64,000 nt of DNA from an uncultured bacterium (GTDB taxonomy: Bacteria; Zixibacteria; MSB-5A5; CAIYYT01), in assembly GCA_963707485.1 (NCBI GenBank), contig CAVPQS010000080.1, positions 39,475 through 103,474 of the forward strand. The letters run 5' to 3'. The notes beneath the pieces are model-generated. The model worked only from the letters and a program-made list of their open reading frames with translations, was not told the DNA's origin and did not search any database. A program made the position numbers and the translations under genes. Positions 57,833-64,000 of the stretch are shown in pieces (the first letter of the stretch is position 1; every line of letters begins with the position of its first letter).

Positions 57833-58590
57833 CTCCTTTCCTCGATTTTGTCCTGCTCTATAGTTGCGATAATTTCGGTCACTCGCTGTACCAAAGCTTT
57901 TGGGCTGGCTACAGACTCAACATCAGGAACGGCGATTTTCGCACCGACCGTGAATGCTGCGCCACCCAACGACGTCAGCCATTTGATCGCCTGAGCGTCG
58001 TTTTCATCGTCGCCGGCATAAATTATGTGGTGCGGCTCATAGTCATCACCAATAACGGCAAGCAGTCGTTTGAGTCCATTGACCTTGCGAACTTCTTCAT
58101 CAAAACTCACTTCCAGGGAAAGCTGACCGGCTGAGTGAAAGAGTCGGCGCTGAGCGCAATATTCAACGAGCTCGCCCGCAAAGTAGTCGCGCTGATTCGG
58201 CGGCGTGTCGCGTAAATGGGCGGTCACTGCCCAGCTCTTGTCTTCCAACTCCACCGGAGTGTCGTAGAAGAGTCTGACAAGGTCCGGCATAATGCAATTG
58301 CGGCGCTCGCGGATTTTGGCCAGAAGCGATTCAGGGGGCGACAGCGTATCGCCGTGCGGCGTCCGCCAAAACAGACCACAGGAACCACCGAGGTAGATTC
58401 CGGAAACGTCGACACGGCTGACAATGTCATCCAATTTGCGGCTTGATATAATCGCCACAGTTGTCGCCGGCATGCTTTTCAGGCGGTTCAGCAGTGACCG
58501 TGCTTCCGGAAGCAACGCTGCCAAGCCTCGATCCGCCACGAACTCGGAAAGAGTTCCGTCAAAATCGAATATCCACAACCGTTTCGTCAC
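57829..58590 (-). CDS. otsB: Trehalose-6-phosphate phosphatase
   Basis: FDFDGTL, ISSR, EDK...T.H.R, K..G, GDDEND. Confidence 0.85.
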   Translation of the reverse strand: MTKRLWIFDFDGTLSEFVADRGLAALLPEARSLLNRLKSMPATTVAIISSRKLDDIVSRVDVSGIYLGGSCGLFWRTPHGDTLSPPESLLAKIRERRNCIMPDLVRLFYDTPVELEDKSWAVTAHLRDTPPNQRDYFAGELVEYCAQRRLFHSAGQLSLEVSFDEEVRKVNGLKRLLAVIGDDYEPHHIIYAGDDENDAQAIKWLTSLGGAAFTVGAKIAVPDVESVASPKALVQRVTEIIATIEQDKIEERS

Positions 58591-60209
58591 GCCTCACCCC
58601 GACGTATCGCAAGCGTCGGCATTATGCGCCGGACTTCGCTGAAGATTTTCTTGCCCCAGTCGTAGACATTATTATTCCTGACGACGTCGCGCATTCGGCT
58701 CATGCGCGCGCGTCGCTCGGGCTCTTCCATCATGATTGCCTGTTTGAGCGCCCCGGCCAATTCGTCCGTATCAAATGGGTTTACCTGAATCGCGTCGACA
58801 AGTTCCCTTGCGGCTCCGGTGTATTGCGACAGCAGAAGAATGCCGTCGCCGTCGGAGCGTGAAGCAACAAATTCTTTTGCGACCAGATTCATCCCGTCAT
58901 GAAGCGAAGTCACCATTAATACACGCGCCAGCCGGTAAGCCGCCAGGACCGATATGTAGTCATGCTGTGAACGCAAAAGATAGATCGGCGTCCATTGGTT
59001 GGTCTCATGCCGATAGTTGATGTCGGCAACCAGCGCCTCAGTCTCTTCGTTCAGTCGGCGGTATGCATCAACAACCGTGCGGCTGGGAGCGGCAAACTGC
59101 AGCATCGTGACGTGTTCTTTGAAATCAGGGTTTTCAGTGAGCAGTAGATCGAAGGCGTGCAGTCGCTCCAGTATGCCCTTGGTATAGTCAAGCCGATCGA
59201 CACCGACGAGAACAATCTGGTTTGTTCCGGGAATGCTCGTCTCCGCAAGTAGTTCATTGGCGCGCGCTTTGATTCGCTCGTTGGTGACGTCTATTTGAAT
59301 TTGATCAAAATCCACGCTGATCGGAAAGGGCCGGACATAGGTTGGACGACCTCCGCGTACGACGCAGAATTTTTCTCGATCGATGCGCGACTCCAGGCGT
59401 TGATCGACGGTATCGATAAAATTATTGCAGTGATACTGTATGTGAAATCCGAGCAAGTCGTTTCCCAACAGGCCATCGAGGATTTCGTCATCCCATGGGA
59501 ATACGCGAAAAGCTTCGGGATTCGGCCAGGGAATGTGCCAAAACTGGATTAAGGTCAAATCGCTGCGGCGTTCGCGAAGCATTCGCGGAAGCAGCGCCAA
59601 ATGGTAATCCTGGATAAAGATGATTGCGTTGTCATTGCCGACCTCTTCGAGGACGGCTTCACAAAATCTTTCGTTTACTCGCTTATAAATTTCCCATTGG
59701 GACCGCGAAAACTGCGGCCGCGCATAGACAATGTGGCACAGCGGCCAGAGGGCGCTGTTGGCGACACCGTGATAATAACCAAGCTCTTCCTCGCGGCTGA
59801 GCCAGACGCGGCGCAAGGTGAAGTGTGGATCTTCTCGTGGGATCGCCAGGCGGCTCGACTCATCAACAACCCGGCGATCCGCCGATCCAGAACCGTGGGC
59901 AACCCACGTCCCACGAACGGCCCGGACAATCGGTTCGAGACCCGTGACCATTCCGCTTGCGGGGCGTGTAGCGCGCACCGCGTTGCCGATGCGTTCATGG
60001 ATAACCGGTTCGCGATTGGATACGACAATCAACTTACTGCCGGCGGCTACTTCACGAATCATCTCGGCGAGTTTGCCGGCTTGCATTGGCGTGCGCCCGG
60101 AGTTCGCGAATTCAGCTTCGGGGTTCTGCGTTGGGTCAGACGACGTTGGGTTTTTCCAGCTTGAAGCATCCTGCAACTGAAGGCGCCGTTTGAATTCCGC
60201 GTTATCCAT
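58587..60209 (-). CDS. otsA: Trehalose-6-phosphate synthase (GT20)
   Basis: VVSNREP, LWPLCH, QDYHL, FWHIPWP, DRLDYTKGI, DGMNLVAKEFVA; start uncertain. Confidence 0.92.
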   Translation of the reverse strand: MDNAEFKRRLQLQDASSWKNPTSSDPTQNPEAEFANSGRTPMQAGKLAEMIREVAAGSKLIVVSNREPVIHERIGNAVRATRPASGMVTGLEPIVRAVRGTWVAHGSGSADRRVVDESSRLAIPREDPHFTLRRVWLSREEELGYYHGVANSALWPLCHIVYARPQFSRSQWEIYKRVNERFCEAVLEEVGNDNAIIFIQDYHLALLPRMLRERRSDLTLIQFWHIPWPNPEAFRVFPWDDEILDGLLGNDLLGFHIQYHCNNFIDTVDQRLESRIDREKFCVVRGGRPTYVRPFPISVDFDQIQIDVTNERIKARANELLAETSIPGTNQIVLVGVDRLDYTKGILERLHAFDLLLTENPDFKEHVTMLQFAAPSRTVVDAYRRLNEETEALVADINYRHETNQWTPIYLLRSQHDYISVLAAYRLARVLMVTSLHDGMNLVAKEFVASRSDGDGILLLSQYTGAARELVDAIQVNPFDTDELAGALKQAIMMEEPERRARMSRMRDVVRNNNVYDWGKKIFSEVRRIMPTLAIRRGEA

Positions 60210-60383
60210 GTCTGCACCGCACTTTCGGTAATTCACGCCTCGCACGGTCACCGAACTTGATGGCCGGATCCAGCATGGCGAAATGATTTCGCAAAAACGT
60301 GCTTCAATCGCAACTCATGGTTGCTGATTTTGGTTCTGAACGGGCAATAGTCTCAGCAGAAACAGCGAATGTTTCGATGAATA

Positions 60384-60399
60384 GGCGAAGACTGTGCCC
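60384..60399 (-). promoter_or_regulatory. Candidate sigma54 promoter of the trehalose operon
   Basis: GGGCACAGTCTTCGCC with GG-N10-GC spacing. Confidence 0.35.
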
Positions 60400-60749
60400 G
60401 ATATATGGCGCCGAAAATTTTCAACGGAGGTTGAAATCTTAATCGGCGATTTATTCATCCGGCGGAGCCTTAGGATTCGGTTCGGACCCGGACGAAGTGA
60501 TGCAATCCCCTCTATAATATATATGCACGCGGTTCCAGAATGTTTGAGGCTGTTTGAATATAGTTCCGAGTTAACCCAGGTTTGGTTGACCGCGGATAAG
60601 CAAAGATGTCGCCAAGAAATACTCAATATGACCGTGCTCTCTCACTCGTGAGGCGAATTGACGCGGATTGAATGCAAGTTCGGGATCGCCGCTATGTCCA
60701 AGCGTCCGAGATTTTGTGCTTGTATTCCTCGGGTGTCGTGCCTATAAAT

Positions 60750-61040
60750 ATGGAGATGTTTAATCGACGCACTTTCGTTCGTCTCTTGGCGTTTGCCTTT
60801 ATCTGCCTGATTGGCTCTGCTGCTTTGCATCTTGCCGAACATTACCACGAGCATGGTGCCGAGGACAGCCAGTGTCCGATCTGCCATAGCGGCTTGGCGG
60901 AAGCGGTTCCAGCTTTTGAGATCGTCATCGCAGCCGCGAACGTTCAGAGCAGCGAGACCGTTGTCGCTCGTTTCTTTCATCCATCCAATCTGATCCTCGC
61001 GAATTCGTCACTTCGCCGAGCTCCTCCAGCGGCGGCGTAA
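60750..61040 (+). CDS. DUF2946-like small His/Cys protein
   Basis: TM helix, HLAEHYHEH, CPICH, C-terminal RAPP. Confidence 0.7.
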   Translation: MEMFNRRTFVRLLAFAFICLIGSAALHLAEHYHEHGAEDSQCPICHSGLAEAVPAFEIVIAAANVQSSETVVARFFHPSNLILANSSLRRAPPAAA

Positions 61041-61114
61041 TTCCGCTGTAAATTTCCCTTTAGCTTAAGACCATAGATCCGATGCGAAACTTTTGATCGC
61101 ATCAGGAGGAGTTC

Positions 61115-62218
61115 ATGTTTGCACGAGTGTTTTTGCTCGCCTTCGCGAGCATGTTTATTGTTCAAATGGCGGTCGCCTTTGGACAGACGACGCTGAATCC
61201 AGACATTTCTTTGGTCGGCGATGTACGCGCCTTTACCCATAACGATAAGATACGCCCGAGCGAGAATAACGAGTTTAATCTCCAATCGCCCGATATGGAA
61301 ATTATAGTCGCCGGCTACCTCAACCCTTATGCGCGTGCCGATGCCGTGCTCGCATGGGAGGACGGTGCCAACGCTGAAGTCGAAGAACTCTATGCCACAA
61401 TTCTTCGCGGGCTTCCCCTTAATCTGAATTTGCGCGTCGGCAAATACCGGCTCGAATTTGGGCGCATCAATCCGGTTCACCCGCACGCCTATTCATTCCT
61501 GCATCAACCGTTGCCGCATGAGGTGTATTTCGGAGAAGAGGGGCTCAACAACATGGCGGTTCGCGCATCGTTTACCCTTCCGACTGGACCATTATACACC
61601 GAAGTCATGGGCGCCGTTCTCAAGGGCGAAGTACTTTCCGGCGAGGAAGCTGAAATCACGGACGATCCAATTGCACTTGCCAAAAACGCGGCGATCCATC
61701 AGGACGAGACGCTTCGAATCAAGCCGGGATTTTTCGTCCGAGCGGCAACATCCGGCGCGCTCTCGGAATCCGCCGAACTGAGCACAGGCGCTTCATTCGT
61801 GACGGCTGAGTATGACCGCGACAAACAACTGCGCGCGCGAGTAGTTGGTGTTGACGCCAAATACAAATGGAAGCCGAACCGGAATACATCGCTCACAATT
61901 GAAGGCGAGTTTCTTTCGAGCCATCGCGAGATGTTTGAAAGCGAAGCGGTAAACGCAAACGGAGTTTATGGCTACATCGACTATCGTTTTCGACAAAAGT
62001 ACAATGCCGGATCGATGTTTGAGTACAGTCAAGACGTGAACGACGCGTCGGCACATGTCTCTCGTATAGCCGGCTTCGCCGGTTTCGCTCCAATCGAGGA
62101 AACGACACTAATTCGTTTGGCCGGCGATTGGACTGAGCCGAACGAAGGCGAGGGCTTCTGGACCCTGACACTGCAATTTGTGTTCTCCCTTGGACCCCAT
62201 CAACCGCACAATTTTTAG
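61115..62218 (+). CDS. Outer-membrane beta-barrel of a metal uptake operon
   Basis: Signal peptide; LNPDISLVGD, VEELY, FGRINPVHPH, C-terminal GPHQPHNF; AGGAGG RBS. Confidence 0.75.
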   Translation: MFARVFLLAFASMFIVQMAVAFGQTTLNPDISLVGDVRAFTHNDKIRPSENNEFNLQSPDMEIIVAGYLNPYARADAVLAWEDGANAEVEELYATILRGLPLNLNLRVGKYRLEFGRINPVHPHAYSFLHQPLPHEVYFGEEGLNNMAVRASFTLPTGPLYTEVMGAVLKGEVLSGEEAEITDDPIALAKNAAIHQDETLRIKPGFFVRAATSGALSESAELSTGASFVTAEYDRDKQLRARVVGVDAKYKWKPNRNTSLTIEGEFLSSHREMFESEAVNANGVYGYIDYRFRQKYNAGSMFEYSQDVNDASAHVSRIAGFAGFAPIEETTLIRLAGDWTEPNEGEGFWTLTLQFVFSLGPHQPHNF

Positions 62219-62227
62219 GAGACTCTT

Positions 62228-63115
62228 ATGTTAAAGATAATCGCATTGATAGTTGCGGCGTTACTGATCGCTCCATCGAAAGGCGAAGGCGCCGTCAAGA
62301 TCGTGACTTCGACAAGCGATCTCGCCTATTTCGCGCGAGTGATCGGCGCTGACAAGGTCGACGTAACCAGCATCGCCTCTCCAACTGCCGATCTTCACTA
62401 TGTCGAAGTTCGTCCCAGTTACATGGTGAAAATGAAGGACGCGCAACTTGTTCTGAAAGTAGGACTCGAGTTGGACTCATGGATCGAACGGATCATTGAC
62501 GGATCGCGCAATGCCAAGTTGAAGAAAGTCGATTGCTCGAAGTATATAGCGCCGCTCGAAATTCCCGCTTTCAAGGCAGACGCTTCTTACGGCGACTTGC
62601 ACCGATACGGTAACCCGCACTACTGGCTCTCGCCAGAGAACATCGAACCGATCACACGCGCAATCTTGGAAGGACTTGCAACGGTAGATCCGGCGAACGA
62701 ACAACTCTACCGAGATAATCGCGACAGGTTCCTCGCTGAAATTGACAGCGAATTGCCGGCAATGAAGGCGCTCGCCGCTCCTCTCGTCGGAATTGAGATG
62801 ATCACTTATCACAACTCGTGGCCCTATTTCGCTCACTACTTCGGTATCGAACTGCCGGGCTTTGTTGAGAAGTACGCCGGGGTAGCACCCTCGCCATCGC
62901 ATATGGGCGAGATAATCGATCTGGTCAAGAAGGACCAGATCAAGATTATCGCGATGGAACCGTACTTTGAGAAACGGGTTCCCCAACGCATAGCCGAAGC
63001 CACCGGCGCTAAGTTGATCACTCTGTATCCTTCAATCGGCGGTCGCAGGGCCGATGAGAGTTATCTTGACTTGTTGCGCGGAAATATTGATGCTCTGCTG
63101 GAAGCTGCGAGGTAA
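62228..63115 (+). CDS. ZnuA/TroA-family metal ABC substrate-binding protein
   Basis: DLHY, GNPHYWLSP, TYHNSWPYFA, PSPSH. Confidence 0.9.
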   Translation: MLKIIALIVAALLIAPSKGEGAVKIVTSTSDLAYFARVIGADKVDVTSIASPTADLHYVEVRPSYMVKMKDAQLVLKVGLELDSWIERIIDGSRNAKLKKVDCSKYIAPLEIPAFKADASYGDLHRYGNPHYWLSPENIEPITRAILEGLATVDPANEQLYRDNRDRFLAEIDSELPAMKALAAPLVGIEMITYHNSWPYFAHYFGIELPGFVEKYAGVAPSPSHMGEIIDLVKKDQIKIIAMEPYFEKRVPQRIAEATGAKLITLYPSIGGRRADESYLDLLRGNIDALLEAAR

Positions 63116-63120
63116 CGGCA

Positions 63121-63933
63121 ATGATTGACCTTCTCATCTGGCCGTTTGTCGTCTGTGTTGTGCTCGTCGGTATTCATGTGTACTTCGGATTACACGTCAT
63201 CAAGCGCGGCATCATTTTCGTCGATCTCTCCCTGGCGCAGGTAGCTGCGCTGGGGAGCACGCTGGCGTTCCTGATGGGGTTCGAACTTGACAGCAACACA
63301 GCGTATCTGTTCTCGCTTGGGTTTGCGCTTCTTGGAGCACTGATCTTTGCGTTTACTCGCGACATCGAAGGCAACATACCGCCGGAAGCCATCATTGGCA
63401 TAGCATATGCTGTCAGTTCCGCGGCGGCAATCATGGCTGTCAGTCATTCTCCCGAAGGCGCCGAGCACATTAAATACCTGCTCATTGGCAGTATTCTAAC
63501 GGTTACGCCGGGAGTAGTGCTCAAGACAGCCATGGTGTATGCTCTGGTTGGTGCGTTTCACATAGTCTTTTTCAGCAAGTTCGCTGCATTGACCTTCCGC
63601 AAAGAAGAAAAACAGAACAAGCGGCGGTTTTGGGACTTCTTGTTTTATGCGTCGTTCGGCGTTGTCGTAACGAGTTCGGTGAAGATTTGCGGCGTGCTGC
63701 TGGTGTTTATCTTTCTGGTGGTCCCTTCAGTGTTTTCGGCTCTGACGACTGACGGGATCGCAAAACATCTGATGTTTGGTTGGCTTTTTGGGTTGGTCGG
63801 ATCGGCGCTCGGGTTGCTCTTGTCCTTCTGGATCGACACACCGCCCGGAGCGACAATTGTCTGTGTCTTTGGGGCAATGCTCCTGCTATTCGCGGCAGTA
63901 CGCATCATCGGAACGTCTCTGGTGAAGGCTTAA
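63121..63933 (+). CDS. ZnuB/MntB-family metal ABC permease
   Basis: HVYFGLHVIKRGIIFVDLSLAQ, EAIIGIAY, GVLLVFIFLVVP, P.GATIV. Confidence 0.88.
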   Translation: MIDLLIWPFVVCVVLVGIHVYFGLHVIKRGIIFVDLSLAQVAALGSTLAFLMGFELDSNTAYLFSLGFALLGALIFAFTRDIEGNIPPEAIIGIAYAVSSAAAIMAVSHSPEGAEHIKYLLIGSILTVTPGVVLKTAMVYALVGAFHIVFFSKFAALTFRKEEKQNKRRFWDFLFYASFGVVVTSSVKICGVLLVFIFLVVPSVFSALTTDGIAKHLMFGWLFGLVGSALGLLLSFWIDTPPGATIVCVFGAMLLLFAAVRIIGTSLVKA

Positions 63934-63968
63934 TGCGTTTGAGTTGAACTTGCTGTAGATTCTGACTT

Positions 63969-63995
63969 ACGCTTGCGGTACTAAGCAAGCGTTTT
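63969..63995 (+). terminator. Intrinsic terminator after the permease
   Basis: ACGCTTGC-GGTACTAA-GCAAGCGT followed by TTT. Confidence 0.6.
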
Positions 63996-64000
63996 CGTAT

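Overview
64 kb of a diderm bacterial chromosome, organised around a tmRNA gene (ssrA, 54845-55203, minus strand). Three partial copies of the ssrA 3' end (19185, 21836, 25251) delimit three elements integrated in tandem: C (about 2.7 kb; DUF6880-like gene plus MNT and a frameshifted HEPN), B (about 3.4 kb; HNH nuclease plus an AbiE type IV toxin-antitoxin pair) and A (about 29.6 kb; grpE, cbpA/cbpM, cyclic beta-1,2-glucan synthase, a complete N-type ATPase operon, phosphoketolase and several pseudogenes). I find no integrase in any of them. Yet their ends keep a tyrosine-integrase-type att architecture (core, IHF-like palindrome, 10-bp-pitch repeats, 11-bp-pitch arm repeats), and A and C share both end sequences. 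This integrase-less, att-bounded cassette array is the most interesting signal in the window. Three copies of an IS5-family element are present: two full length with CTAG duplications, splitting cbpA and ndvB, and one internally deleted at a rearrangement scar. The flanks carry malic enzyme, a P2-type ATPase, fur-katG, a POT transporter, a secreted amidohydrolase, an otsA-otsB-DUF5752-treT operon and a metal ABC uptake operon lacking an ATPase gene. All family calls come from motif recognition by eye; no database searches were run.
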